From a virus (taxonomy: Duplodnaviria > Caudoviricetes), in the IMG/VR virus record IMGVR_UViG_3300020003_000061, positions 1-52,812 of that record: a stretch of DNA of 52,812 nucleotides, one strand, 5' to 3'. The notes beneath the pieces were generated by a model that saw only the letters and a program-made list of their open reading frames with translations, did not search any database and had not been told where the DNA came from. Of this stretch, positions 17,201-26,407 are shown one piece after another. The position numbers and the translations under genes were made by a program. Within the stretch, counting starts at the first letter, position 1; every line of letters begins with the position of its first letter.

Positions 17201-19045
17201 GTGTGCCTCGAGAACACCCTTCTTCGTGAAGACAGGCTCGACGTAATGGTAATCGTTCCCAAGGAATCCGACGACTTCATGCGGGAAGAAGCCAGTTGCC
17301 TGGAAGTGAGCTTTGGCAAACTCCGGGGTAACCTCGGGATAAACAGTCTCACCAACGAGGGGCTCTATCTCGATTCGCCCCGGAGCTTCCGCAGAGGCCA
17401 CGTCACGGCTGTTGACAATGACCTCACCTTTCTTCGTGACGACACGGTAACGACTCACTTCTCCAGTGTACTCGTCACCGAACACCTCAACGATGCGTCC
17501 CATACCATATGGTTCAGCCATGAGCGCAACTTCTTCGCCCGGCTTGAAGGTCGTAGTTAATGCCTCGCTCTGTGCTGCGATCGCTTCTGGAATGTTCGGA
17601 CCAGGACGAGGCGGAGGCCCTTCTGGTTTCGGTGGTGTAGGAGGACCAGCAATCTCTGGAGGACCGCCAAACGATATGTCGAGCTTACCGTCTGGACGCT
17701 GATGCATGATGCTCAACTCACTCGGACGGAACTTGGTAACGCCCTGTACCACGACAGGACGGTTGAACTCGACAGTCTCCGCAGCCATCGCCAGATCGTT
17801 CGCATCTCGCAAGGCGAGGAAGCTATTCTCCGCGTTGAGGAGAGACTGTTGCGATGCTGCTTGCATCTGTCGAATGATCGACAGGTTGTGTGCGGCTACT
17901 CCTTCTTCACCCATCGGACCAAGCCTCGGTCCCCTGATGCGACCCATAACACCCTCGAAGGCGATACCAGCTGGCAACGCCATGAGTGCATAGGTCGCAG
18001 CGAAGTTGCGTCGTTCTTCTGGAGTCTCACCCAAGAGCGAACCAGTCGTGGCGCCTCCAACAGCACCTTCCACGGAGCCAGTGACGATTTGTCCTGGAAT
18101 CGTGGACTCTACTGCGAGGGCTCGTGGTACGGTCTGGGCAACAGCTTCAAGTTCCCCAATCGGTACGGCAACTCCAGCGCGCTCAGCAGCTGCCACTCCG
18201 GTACGGAGGAACTCATTTCCAACTCGCATGGATGCAACCGTCCTGCCGGCAGCATAACCCATAACGAGCCCAGCGTAATTGGCGACAACTTCGCGCTTGT
18301 ACTGCTCCCTTTCTTCTGGAAGAAGATAGCCCCCTGGTTCGATCTGATCCAGAGCGAGCGCAGCTGGTTGCCTAACCAGGTCAACGAAGAACTTGGGTAT
18401 ACCAGTAATCAGCTCTTTTGCTGTCTCAAGCGGATGAGCGATTGGGGTGCCGATGTGGAATCCCGATGAGTTGCCCAGATCGAACTCGACTATGCTTCGA
18501 TCCGTGAACAGTCTCATGCTCGCGAGCTTCATCCTCGCTTTCGCGAAACCAGTCGGCGCCGCCTCAATTCGAGCATCACTCGCCAGGTCTGCTGCAATCT
18601 TCTCCGGCGAACGAAGATATTCTGCCCTCTGGCGCTCCAGACGTTGCCGTCTACTTTCGCTTGGGCGACCACCCGGAACAACCTCTGAAGTAGCCTTTGC
18701 CGCTCCTGTAACATCTTGAGCGAAGGTCCCGATCTCAAGAAGTTCATCAATGGTTGGTTTCTTCTCGACTTCTGGTGGTGCCTCCGGGCGAGGCTCGAAG
18801 ACGCTACGGTCGTATGGAGCTACTACTGGCTGACCAACACGAGCAATGGCATCAGCCTGAATGCCGGCTATCAGTTCCTGACCTGTATCCTGTGGACCTT
18901 TCTCTCTACGTGCCAGCTTACCAAGCAGCGTAAGATCGAGAGGTCCAGTTACAGCTTGCGGCTCTTCCTCTTCCTCATCTTTAGTGGCTAAAGTCGAGGG
19001 GGACTGCAGCTGTCGAATAAGGTCAGGGTTGAGTGGTCCAGTCAT
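14180..19045 (-). CDS. Giant internal virion (DNA ejection) protein, 1621 aa
   Basis: Last and largest gene of the late operon, following two smaller Gly/Ala/Gln-rich genes as in podovirus ejectosome triads. Confidence 0.7.
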   Translation of the reverse strand: MTGPLNPDLIRQLQSPSTLATKDEEEEEPQAVTGPLDLTLLGKLARREKGPQDTGQELIAGIQADAIARVGQPVVAPYDRSVFEPRPEAPPEVEKKPTIDELLEIGTFAQDVTGAAKATSEVVPGGRPSESRRQRLERQRAEYLRSPEKIAADLASDARIEAAPTGFAKARMKLASMRLFTDRSIVEFDLGNSSGFHIGTPIAHPLETAKELITGIPKFFVDLVRQPAALALDQIEPGGYLLPEEREQYKREVVANYAGLVMGYAAGRTVASMRVGNEFLRTGVAAAERAGVAVPIGELEAVAQTVPRALAVESTIPGQIVTGSVEGAVGGATTGSLLGETPEERRNFAATYALMALPAGIAFEGVMGRIRGPRLGPMGEEGVAAHNLSIIRQMQAASQQSLLNAENSFLALRDANDLAMAAETVEFNRPVVVQGVTKFRPSELSIMHQRPDGKLDISFGGPPEIAGPPTPPKPEGPPPRPGPNIPEAIAAQSEALTTTFKPGEEVALMAEPYGMGRIVEVFGDEYTGEVSRYRVVTKKGEVIVNSRDVASAEAPGRIEIEPLVGETVYPEVTPEFAKAHFQATGFFPHEVVGFLGNDYHYVEPVFTKKGVLEAHRIADASGNAVEVPWNQLRHGPDMAVNSFILDAPEVRKAIVSDFEAYIKKVTGSDQIPNKPFGEIATGYADFRRLNSKVVPAFVRFLSDEYGKRLRDEALSPQERVTYNRLVKEASSYRESSASNLVDAATSNGMYIERQNGALIIRDSDTNSYLELAHSPEEALRFIQQTVELRGADLTPAGLPDGVARGLIPVPPPPNGPHTSAWNPLSNGWFGDLRDAFNISKVGSHLTGMRQVMISLDNTLKTGFFSEVYQPLQVAHLRKYAAMHKDMVRLSETSRLVRGLTPEQLEQITTSIETMHPDDMIKEGGLFNRAFTPRELAGAKWFIENQIDVQKAFQYFRGLKRLENNPRFWQLPEGEKTEPLHRLQASLNVDEAHIEAARIMGAILQHNKPGELSLYGVVRLSEAVMDGHVRPDDYIAKNFPAADTEQGVKMRMAKDEIRSHFDDLADTFEIPDEQRLGGYFAHLRNFKNDEIIAGRDGAPVFTSELLRTGEMSEYDRDPINVLARYINSGYSNRFTKEALNHAYEYINRETARMPDPAHGDYVKRLLTENYINELRGIPHASTSFVEKAINKTLDKMGMESEVSVRRDIVNTWLSLSSSATIGFRPMQGIRDFHNFSSIYYSRFGAQRLGDLYTMMARVNPQELERAGIIKKSQIGESSSAALSREGVTPTMGPVSVLTAQERLQNSLAARSAPWREAIQTTANAGIKWGLQHNVYQWAHAASYLESSTRALSELNKLALGEYGTGDAAKAKAYDRLFLNSYDPPVAAHFDRLVTEGRFKDAADFMGRATSFETVSTFGLANHPAGWGTNTGRLFGQFGNWPVWARTTLARMLSRGTRQEKTGVAVRWGMTQGALAAASAGLGLNLNSWMLPTAAPLFSAGQHLAAATDSFDEEQTRELQLAAQAIVLGVPGSTLNRGGPVFGLIGSAISSGQAFPSAEREGVRTLTELPLMTVPGGFLLRDIYEGAEMAANGDNPVSAWLRAFGVRSKEDESLLNPGGIVTE
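18979..18993. promoter_or_regulatory. Dispersed palindrome CTTTAG-N3-CTAAAG
   Basis: CTTTAG TGG CTAAAG about 50 nt inside the giant gene. Confidence 0.65.
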
Positions 19046-20397
19046 CAGTATGCCGGAGTGTTATCGATGATTCGTTGAATCACATCTGGATCGGTGCCGG
19101 CATCACGAAGCTGTTGAATGCCAGCCTCATAGCCAGCCGAATCAAGTGCTTCCAGCTGTGACAGGATCTGACGCTCGTACTGATTGAGCGGCGGTGGATC
19201 GTCAGAAGCACGAACCGTCTCCGCAGGAATCTCCGAGAACAACGGAGTAGCATCCTTGGAGATGTTACCCTGCTTATCACGGAACACGATCTGTGGAACC
19301 TTGGTCTGCCACCAGTGTCCTGTCTTGTCGTACTCCGCACGCCACGCGGAGCCAGACTGCTCCAACACCTCGTTGATCTTCAAGATGTTGCCACGAACAA
19401 GCTCGTCAGTCGGCGGGCGCTGGTTCTTCCTCCGAATCGTCTGGTCGAACAGTGGCCTGATCGTCTTGAGCATTTCTGCTTTACGCTTCACACCCTTGTC
19501 AGCCTGTGAAGTCTTGAGCCAACTCTCCACAGCTTTGATCTGCTCCGATGGAGCTGCAACGCCCTTGTAAGGCTCGCCCCACATAACTTCGTAGAACGCA
19601 CCGATCGGAGCAACACCACCAGCTGCCTTGAACTGGTCATACGCAGCACGGCGAAGTGAAGTCTCGAGAGCATTCGAGCCTCCATGAGTGCGCCCTTCTA
19701 CTGCTGTCTGCGCCAGTTCTCTACGAAGCGCAGCTTCCCTCTCAAACTGATACTGTCCAAGTGCAGCCTTCACACCTGCAGCAGCAGCCGGATGCATCAG
19801 TCCAGCGTTAATGTCTTCGTTCTTGATTGTACCGGATTGAATACCCGTGACGATTTCAGGAATGCCCATGTCCGCGAGCTTCTTGCCTCCCTGGTACACT
19901 CCCTCGACATCCTGCTGAACGTTCAGCTCATGCTTCGACGGAACCTTCAGGATATTCCTGATGGCCGCATCGAAGGCTTGCGGATCGGACTTCGCGAGTT
20001 CGAGTCCGCCTTCCAGCATATATCTCTGGAGTGCAGCACCCGAAGCTTGTGCAGGAGTCTCGCCGGTAGCTTCCTGTTGTCCAGCAGTCTCACGCGCACC
20101 CTGCGATTGTTCGAGGGTCTCACGCCCGAGTCCCATCCGGATCGAAGGAATGCTCTCCCTCATTCCGGTAAGGAAGTCAGTAGCGCCCTCTCCGAAGCCA
20201 AACGCCTTCAACGTACCAGGGTTCTGTTTCTCGATGTCCACGAACTTCTGCATCATCTCAGGCTTTTCGATGAACAGAGCCTTGAGTGCCTGATCGTACT
20301 TCGCTGTCGGCTTGACCAGGGAGCCTATGGTGTCAGTGAGGGATGCGAGAGATGGTCCGATACTCTCGTCAAATCCCTCCAGCTTGGGAATGGTCAT
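19045..20397 (-). CDS. Internal virion protein
   Basis: Helical 450 aa protein in the ejection module; TGATG coupling. Confidence 0.65.
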   Translation of the reverse strand: MTIPKLEGFDESIGPSLASLTDTIGSLVKPTAKYDQALKALFIEKPEMMQKFVDIEKQNPGTLKAFGFGEGATDFLTGMRESIPSIRMGLGRETLEQSQGARETAGQQEATGETPAQASGAALQRYMLEGGLELAKSDPQAFDAAIRNILKVPSKHELNVQQDVEGVYQGGKKLADMGIPEIVTGIQSGTIKNEDINAGLMHPAAAAGVKAALGQYQFEREAALRRELAQTAVEGRTHGGSNALETSLRRAAYDQFKAAGGVAPIGAFYEVMWGEPYKGVAAPSEQIKAVESWLKTSQADKGVKRKAEMLKTIRPLFDQTIRRKNQRPPTDELVRGNILKINEVLEQSGSAWRAEYDKTGHWWQTKVPQIVFRDKQGNISKDATPLFSEIPAETVRASDDPPPLNQYERQILSQLEALDSAGYEAGIQQLRDAGTDPDVIQRIIDNTPAY

Positions 20398-21038
20398 TGT
20401 TCGTAGAACCCTGAGAACGAGTTACGTGCCCCTGAACCGAACTGGTAGCCTGGGTCGAGGATGCCAGCCCCACCTCCGCCAGCAGCGCCAGCAAGTGCTG
20501 GTCCAGCAATCGAGCCGACTCCAGGAGCAAGGAACGGTAACGCAGCGCCACCGATCTGTGCGACCGTACCGAGCGCCTGTCCAAGTCCAGACTTCTTCTG
20601 GATGAGCTGTCTCTGGGCAATACCCTTGTCCGAGAAGCCAGCGATCATCTGAAGCAGTGGCCCTAACGCGCTCATCTGCAACCCTGTGATCGCCTGCGTG
20701 ATCTGTGGCGCAGCCTCGGCACGGTACAAGCCTTCTGCGTGCGCAGCAGGTGTACCAAACGCCGCTCCGCCCGACGCTCCGAAGCGAGCACGGATCGCGT
20801 TCGTGTCGCGTTCCTGTTGCTTGCTCAGGAGTTGTGTTGCCGCCTTCCCTGGAGCACCAGCACCAGAAGAAAGAAGGTCGCTTAGGATGCCGAAGATTCC
20901 ACCAGTACTGCCAGCAGCATTGGGGCTGCCAGCTGTGCCTAGACCGCCAGTGTTGAGCAGTGCTTGGAGGCCGGATATGGTTTCGTTGGCGAGTCCGGTT
21001 GCCTTGCCACCACCGACCTCTTGTGTCTTAGCTCCCAA
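20394..21038 (-). CDS. Internal virion/pilot protein
   Basis: AGGAGG RBS before TTG21038; Gly/Ala-rich with a hydrophobic GQALGTVAQIGGAALPFLAPG segment. Confidence 0.65.
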   Translation of the reverse strand: MGAKTQEVGGGKATGLANETISGLQALLNTGGLGTAGSPNAAGSTGGIFGILSDLLSSGAGAPGKAATQLLSKQQERDTNAIRARFGASGGAAFGTPAAHAEGLYRAEAAPQITQAITGLQMSALGPLLQMIAGFSDKGIAQRQLIQKKSGLGQALGTVAQIGGAALPFLAPGVGSIAGPALAGAAGGGGAGILDPGYQFGSGARNSFSGFYEQ

Positions 21039-21594
21039 GAGCTTCCTCCTTGAGGATGCCGAACAGCGCCACGTCGAACCAGTCATCGTTATGCCAGATC
21101 GCCCTACGTTTCCTGCCTTCCTTCTTGAAGCCAAGCATCGTGATGAAGTCGAAGGCGTGCTTCGTCGCGTACAGCGGTATCTCCACGCTGAGGCGACGGA
21201 AGTTGTACTTCATGAACACGTATTTGATCATCTCCTGCGTGATCCCGATTCGACCACGGTGACGACGATCAAAGAACGTGTAGTGAACTTCCGCATCGAC
21301 GCCAGCTACGATTCTCGTCATGTAATAAATACCGACGAAATCGTCTACGATCCAGAAGAGTCCGTTGCTGCAAAGCTCTCCCCTTGGACCGGCATAGAGG
21401 AACAGTTCACAGAACTTCTTGAAGTCGCCGCTGACGGAGTTGTCGAAGATGTACTTGAAATTCTTCGACTTTTCCCAGAAGAGCTTAAGGTTATCTGGCG
21501 TCAGCTGCATGGGAAAAACGGCCCTCTCGATAGGGCCTTCCGGCTCATCACAGACCCAAGTGAGAGCAGGCTCGGTCATGATTATTGCGGTCAT
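21028..21594 (-). CDS. GNAT acetyltransferase-like virion-module protein
   Basis: RHRGRIG, YVF...FRRL, LGFKKEGRKRRA...WFDVALFGILKEE (RimJ/RimL-like). Confidence 0.85.
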   Translation of the reverse strand: MTAIIMTEPALTWVCDEPEGPIERAVFPMQLTPDNLKLFWEKSKNFKYIFDNSVSGDFKKFCELFLYAGPRGELCSNGLFWIVDDFVGIYYMTRIVAGVDAEVHYTFFDRRHRGRIGITQEMIKYVFMKYNFRRLSVEIPLYATKHAFDFITMLGFKKEGRKRRAIWHNDDWFDVALFGILKEEALGS

Positions 21595-23603
21595 TCTTTG
21601 CTTTCTCCACCCTTGTAAACGTGAACCTCGTATGAGACCACGTGAAACTGCCCCAGCACCGATGAAAGCTGCCAGGCGAAACGCCGACACTTGATCTGTT
21701 TGGTCCAGGTAAAGATCTTGGACTTCCCAAGAGCAGTGCCGGTAAAGCTCTTTGTCTTGAACAGCTCGGAGATCGTCGGCCCGCCATCCTTCGAGAAGCG
21801 AAGTGTGACTGTGGTTCCAGAGATCGGAATCAACTCCACCCTGATCTCCGCGACATATATGTCATCTGTCGGAAGCGTGAAAGCCTTCGACAGCAGAACG
21901 GTCTCATACTCTCCAGTTGATCCAGAGAATGAAGGATCTATGGAAACATCCTCATCCTGAATGGTGATCTCGCCATCCTCGCGCCCGAACGCCCGAGTTG
22001 GAATAATCGTCTGCGCTGGACCGAGACTGTCAATGTCACCAAGCAAGTTCTGGATGAGTCCAGGTAACTGGTCGATCGTCGTGGTGGCAGAGCCAAGGTC
22101 CGCATCGCTGATCGTGCTGAGTCCTTCGTAAATGTCCTTGGTCCATGCCTGCGTTCTGAAGTTATATGTCCAGGCTACCACCTCCGCACTATTGGCGAGT
22201 GGAATGCAAACCGTGTATTCGTTCTGGATAGGATCGTACGAGGCGAAGATCAAGTCCTCGTTGTCGATCGCATCCATCAGCGTCTTTTCGACTGAGCGAC
22301 CAATTGGCTGCGGTGCAGAGCCTGGAGTGTAATGCCAAACCGTGCCTGAGCGACGGTCAGCCCATGTAAGTCCGTTCGACGTGATCTTCGCACTATACGG
22401 GGCATTGCAGCCCACTCCAGGAAAAGCTGCGTAAGGATTGAACGGGAACGTAGGGATCGGTTGCTTCGTAGCAAGCCAGATACTCTGTTCTCGCAAGATA
22501 GCAAGGACGTTCGTGAAACCGAATACTCCAGAAATGTCGTCACCAAGGTCACCCGGTGATTCCACCAGTGGAGTCGATCCCGCTGTCTCATCTCTGAGCG
22601 GGTCCCATTCAATGATGTTGTTTTCACCTGACCACCCTAACAAGACCGCGTTCGGCGCACCTCCCAATAGATTGGCAGCTACGACGCGATTGAAGAAACC
22701 AGTTACGTAGCGATACTCGGGAGCGTTACCGAGGGGCTTGTACGCCACAGCTACGTGATCGTACTCTTGTAATACGTTCTTACCATTGTTGGAAAAGGCA
22801 AACCTGTCGAGCACGACCGCAGCTTGAATGTAATCGGTTGCAGTACCGATCAGCGAGCCGGAATTCAAGCCACCGCTCAACCGCTCTACATCGAGACCCC
22901 AGTCAGCGTTGGCTGCAGTTTCGGACACGACGATATTGTTGCCGGCGATACCAGCGGTCTTAGCCTCGACCGTGAGCGCTGTAGCTGTGAGTGTGGTTCC
23001 GTCCACAGTTGGATGCAGCGTCGTCGCAGCTGCGTAGTCTGTGCCAGAACCAGGACCAAGATTGATGGCGTCCTTCAAGTTCGCCAGGCTTGCTGCGAGG
23101 TCAACGCCGATGAAAACGTTACCATCCACGTTCGTCAGTATTGCCTGGAACGTGTAAGTCTTAGTACCGATCGTGACCGTTTCAGTGTCAACGAAGTTCG
23201 CGGTGCCTGTGAGCGTTGCCTTCGCCTTGGCAGCAGCAGCTGCAGGTACGTTCGTCCAGACTCCACCAGCACGATGATGAACTGTGCTTGGAGTAAATCT
23301 GAAGTAGTACGTCGTCCCGTCATTCTTCTTGAAGAAGAACAGTCCGATAACAGGATTGCTGTTAGGCTTGGTCGGCACCATCAGCGTCGTACCAGGCCTA
23401 CGCTGTGTACGGTCGAATCTGCAACGAGCGTTCTGTGCAAGCTGAAGCGCGCCCGGCTCAATATCAGCAGGGTCCAACATCGTAACCATACCGAGATTCA
23501 CACGACTCTCGATAAATTTCGATTTGGCAGGAAGGTTGGTACTCGGACTAGTACCCTTATTCCTGACTGGCTGTGGCCAGGGACGCGCGTTGTTGAAAGC
23601 CAT
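21591..23603 (-). CDS. Tail tubular protein B / nozzle-like protein with an inserted domain
   Basis: 670 aa beta-propeller-like; N.R, GVGC.APYS, LRFSKDGG motifs typical of P22 gp10/T7 gp12-like proteins. Confidence 0.75.
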   Translation of the reverse strand: MAFNNARPWPQPVRNKGTSPSTNLPAKSKFIESRVNLGMVTMLDPADIEPGALQLAQNARCRFDRTQRRPGTTLMVPTKPNSNPVIGLFFFKKNDGTTYYFRFTPSTVHHRAGGVWTNVPAAAAAKAKATLTGTANFVDTETVTIGTKTYTFQAILTNVDGNVFIGVDLAASLANLKDAINLGPGSGTDYAAATTLHPTVDGTTLTATALTVEAKTAGIAGNNIVVSETAANADWGLDVERLSGGLNSGSLIGTATDYIQAAVVLDRFAFSNNGKNVLQEYDHVAVAYKPLGNAPEYRYVTGFFNRVVAANLLGGAPNAVLLGWSGENNIIEWDPLRDETAGSTPLVESPGDLGDDISGVFGFTNVLAILREQSIWLATKQPIPTFPFNPYAAFPGVGCNAPYSAKITSNGLTWADRRSGTVWHYTPGSAPQPIGRSVEKTLMDAIDNEDLIFASYDPIQNEYTVCIPLANSAEVVAWTYNFRTQAWTKDIYEGLSTISDADLGSATTTIDQLPGLIQNLLGDIDSLGPAQTIIPTRAFGREDGEITIQDEDVSIDPSFSGSTGEYETVLLSKAFTLPTDDIYVAEIRVELIPISGTTVTLRFSKDGGPTISELFKTKSFTGTALGKSKIFTWTKQIKCRRFAWQLSSVLGQFHVVSYEVHVYKGGESKE

Positions 23604-24187
23604 CAGATCACCGCCACCGAGCTTGGTGTGTTATACTTGAAGCGAGCGCCGTAGAAACGGCACCCGTTGCCGACCGCTCGGATATGGTACATACGATCGA
23701 GGTCCGGTACGTCAGCGAGCGCCGGTGAAGTAGACTGGGTAATGCCCACGGCGCTGTGTGTCAACGTATGGATGCTCGTCTTCACGCCTGTTGTAAAGCT
23801 GGTACGGTAGAACTCGATCGTCATGTTGACGCCCGATACCTTGTTCACCAACACTGCGAACTCGACAATCGTGATCCCAAGCGGGAAGATGAGCGAGCCC
23901 TGCGATGCTTCCGTACCGTCGAACTGGAAGTATTCTTCCTGGTGTGAGGTGTCGTGCTCGTCCTGCCTGTTCGTTAAGATGTGCGGACCAAACAGGAGGT
24001 ACTTACCATTCACCAGACCAGAGATCGCAGACTTGGCTACGACTGGATCAACTGTCCAGTCATTGACGAGCGTGCTGTTCATTCGCTCGCGGAGGTCAAC
24101 CTTGAACTCCCGAATCGCGTCGTCGATCTGGTTCGCCGCTCGCGTGCCTGCCGGCGTCGCTTCGTTCCAGGAGCGTGTGTATGGCAT
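23603..24187 (-). CDS. Putative tail fibre/structural protein
   Basis: WNEATPAG...IDDAIREFK.DLRER N-terminal tail-fibre-like motif; beta-rich C-terminus. Confidence 0.6.
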   Translation of the reverse strand: MPYTRSWNEATPAGTRAANQIDDAIREFKVDLRERMNSTLVNDWTVDPVVAKSAISGLVNGKYLLFGPHILTNRQDEHDTSHQEEYFQFDGTEASQGSLIFPLGITIVEFAVLVNKVSGVNMTIEFYRTSFTTGVKTSIHTLTHSAVGITQSTSPALADVPDLDRMYHIRAVGNGCRFYGARFKYNTPSSVAVI

Positions 24188-24189
24188 GG

Positions 24190-24540
24190 TTACGCCGCCT
24201 CTACCCAGGCATTGTTAAACCGCACGAAGTGATAGAACCGATCGACAGCCATCATCTTGTCGGCCCCAGTATTGGTCTTGATTTTCGCGCCGTTCTGTAC
24301 CGTCGTGAATCCATCACCGAGAACGAACAAGTGCTGACCGTCCGCTCCCTCATCGAAGTCGGTTATGAGAACAGTTGCGGTGTTTCCACATATCAACTCC
24401 TCAACGTTCTTAACCGAAGGGGTGGAATCACCCTTAGCAATGTTCTTCACAAAACGCTTCGGAAGGACGAGGTTCGTCTGTGGAGCCTCGACTATCCGCT
24501 CCTCCGTTACTCGAGTTGGCACACTTTTGTTCTCGGCCAC
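24190..24540 (-). CDS. Putative structural protein
   Basis: GAGGAG RBS; TPSV...N...ITDF..G.DGQ beta-rich domain. Confidence 0.65.
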   Translation of the reverse strand: MAENKSVPTRVTEERIVEAPQTNLVLPKRFVKNIAKGDSTPSVKNVEELICGNTATVLITDFDEGADGQHLFVLGDGFTTVQNGAKIKTNTGADKMMAVDRFYHFVRFNNAWVEAA

Positions 24541-24703
24541 GTATCCGCTCCTCGTAAGTCCTACCTCTGTTCTGCCTACGCAGCCCTTCGATTGCAGCGC
24601 GCAGCTCTGGAGTTGGATATGGCTGAGCTAATGCAGCATCCAGCAATGCTCGCCACCTGAACTCGGCCTCCGGTCGCCGCGCGCCAATATATTTCTCTGC
24701 CAT
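24434..24703 (-). CDS. Hypothetical protein
   Basis: Fills the gap after 24707; overlaps the next gene. Confidence 0.4.
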   Translation of the reverse strand: MAEKYIGARRPEAEFRWRALLDAALAQPYPTPELRAAIEGLRRQNRGRTYEERIRGREQKCANSSNGGADSRGSTDEPRPSEAFCEEHC

Positions 24704-24706
24704 CGC

Positions 24707-25237
24707 CTAGAACGAGTCCACCGAAACCTTGATGAAAGTCATCGCCGGAGGCGCTGTCGTCCGGTGATAGCCCCAAGCCGCTGTACCAGGTACACTGCAC
24801 TTGTTCTGCCGACACTGCCGAATCGAGTCGGAGTTAAAGAATACCGAGTCACCGATTGGAGGTGTAAGCAGCTTAAACGTGTCTGCGAGCTTCGTTGGTA
24901 GATGCTTGCGCAGGCGCCAGGTGTCAGGCGTCAACGTGCCACCACCAGTGAATCGAATCGTGTTGCTCGACTTGATCCTGAACACTGTCGAGTCCTCGTT
25001 TCCGAGCCCATCTGTGGGGTGTCCCCAGGCGACGACGACGCGCAGCGACTCACCCACGAAGTCTGCGAAGATGGATGGATACCTTCCGACCACGACCATA
25101 CTTTCCGGCGCTTCGGGCGCAGGGAGGTGTTCCCATGTCAGCCCCACCGGAGCGTCGTTCAGTTGAAATACTGGACCCTGTTGCGATCCTGTGAACAGCG
25201 CTGTGGCTGCCAGCAATAGCATGCGCATCATTGCCAT
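24707..25237 (-). CDS. Exported protein following the endolysin
   Basis: N-terminal MRMLLLAATALF signal-like segment; beta-rich with a Cys pair. Confidence 0.6.
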   Translation of the reverse strand: MAMMRMLLLAATALFTGSQQGPVFQLNDAPVGLTWEHLPAPEAPESMVVVGRYPSIFADFVGESLRVVVAWGHPTDGLGNEDSTVFRIKSSNTIRFTGGGTLTPDTWRLRKHLPTKLADTFKLLTPPIGDSVFFNSDSIRQCRQNKCSVPGTAAWGYHRTTAPPAMTFIKVSVDSF

Positions 25238-25665
25238 TCTCCGGTGCGAATTTGTGTTGCCAGCCGTTTGGCTCTTTCAGGGGTCTGTGTAGCCCATTTG
25301 CTCTGCAACATCGCTGCAGCTGCGTGGACGTACTTTCCATCTTCGATGAGTTTTAGAGTATTCCTGAAACCGAGTAATCCTCCAACACCCATCTGGAACG
25401 CCATGTTCAGGAGTACAGCCTGACGCACAGTGTCCAGTTTCTCGAACCACGGTATGTTCTCTTGGATTGCTCCTGTGGTTCTCTGAATATCATTACGCAG
25501 GAGTAGCGCGGCCTCTTCACGAGAGATTCCGCCGCCCTTGCGCTTGTCGATCAGTCTCCCGACACCTATCGTCCAGAAGCCAAGATGATCCTGATAAGCG
25601 TGGAGCACTTCCTGCTCATCAAGCCTCAATTGACTTTCCAGATTATGTACGCCTGCTCGTCCCAT
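25228..25665 (-). CDS. Endolysin, T4-like lysozyme (GH24)
   Basis: DE.....AYQDHLGFWTIGVGR, RQAVLLNMAFQMG..GL.GF, MLQSKWATQTPERAKRL. Confidence 0.95.
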   Translation of the reverse strand: MGRAGVHNLESQLRLDEQEVLHAYQDHLGFWTIGVGRLIDKRKGGGISREEAALLLRNDIQRTTGAIQENIPWFEKLDTVRQAVLLNMAFQMGVGGLLGFRNTLKLIEDGKYVHAAAAMLQSKWATQTPERAKRLATQIRTGEWQ

Positions 25666-25920
25666 CTAACCCTCCAGCTTTCTCAGTTCTTCTAGAGATT
25701 CACTCTCCGTCCGAACCTCACGCCGATCACCAATCCCCTTACCGAGGGCGGTGACGAAAGTACCAAGGAACGCTACGATTCCACAGATCCTGTCCAACAG
25801 CGGATCGGCTGACCTGTCGATCTGACTGCAAGCGATACCAAGTGCGACCAGGGCAATGCCGATATACGTTAGCCACTTCTTGTCGGACGCCACATGAAAC
25901 AGATGTCTGACTTTGCTCAC
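25666..25920 (-). CDS. Putative holin (2 TM)
   Basis: Two hydrophobic helices and a charged C-terminus; directly upstream of the endolysin. Confidence 0.7.
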   Translation of the reverse strand: MSKVRHLFHVASDKKWLTYIGIALVALGIACSQIDRSADPLLDRICGIVAFLGTFVTALGKGIGDRREVRTESESLEELRKLEG

Positions 25921-26255
25921 TCGCCTATCCTTTCCTTGACGGCTGCAAGTAACTCTTCAAGTGTAAACGGCTTTCTCATTACCTTGAAATGGTCATCGTA
26001 TATGGCGCCAGAGATAAAGATGATCGGAGTGTCTGGCCACTTTATTCGCAGCCATCCAACCACCGTCTCCGGTTGACCATTCGGTAACTTCATGTCAACT
26101 ATCGCAAGATCGAACCGTTCGCTTGCGCTTATCACCTTCTCCGCATCCCGCACGCTAAGAACAGCACGAACAGAGTAATTGTTAAGTTCCAACAGGCGCT
26201 TCACTATAATAGTGAGTGCCTCGTTGTCGTCTACCAGGAGAATTTTCTTCTTCAT
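25917..26255 (-). CDS. Single-domain response regulator receiver (CheY-like)
   Basis: KILLVDD, FDLAIVDMKLP, TPIIFISG, RKPF: all catalytic REC residues present. Confidence 0.93.
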   Translation of the reverse strand: MKKKILLVDDNEALTIIVKRLLELNNYSVRAVLSVRDAEKVISASERFDLAIVDMKLPNGQPETVVGWLRIKWPDTPIIFISGAIYDDHFKVMRKPFTLEELLAAVKERIGE

Positions 26256-26404
26256 GCTCCCCTGGGCCAAACTTGACCTGACGTTGGCACTGGTGTTCCT
26301 CCACCACCTTCAGCAGCCGGATATATCTGGACCTTTTCCTCCTGTGTTATGCCGGGCCACTGAACCAGTTGTGCTGGTAACGGAGACATGGTTTCGCCAG
26401 CCAT
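26252..26404 (-). CDS. Small 50-aa protein (not in the ORF track)
   Basis: MAGETMSPLPAQ...GQVWPRGA; ATGA-coupled to the REC gene. Confidence 0.5.
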   Translation of the reverse strand: MAGETMSPLPAQLVQWPGITQEEKVQIYPAAEGGGGTPVPTSGQVWPRGA

Positions 26405-26407
26405 ATA

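Noticed and set aside
14180-19045. Virion RNA polymerase or lytic transglycosylase in the giant protein
   Set aside because: No polymerase or transglycosylase catalytic motifs recognised by eye; needs HHpred or structure prediction.
20686-21618. 310-aa + strand ORF in the late arm
   Set aside because: Antisense to the GNAT and pilot genes; no recognisable domain.
25666-25920. Unimolecular spanin (LGIAC lipobox plus C-terminal TM)
   Set aside because: Only about 14 residues lie between the Cys and the second helix, too short to span the periplasm; holin fits better.
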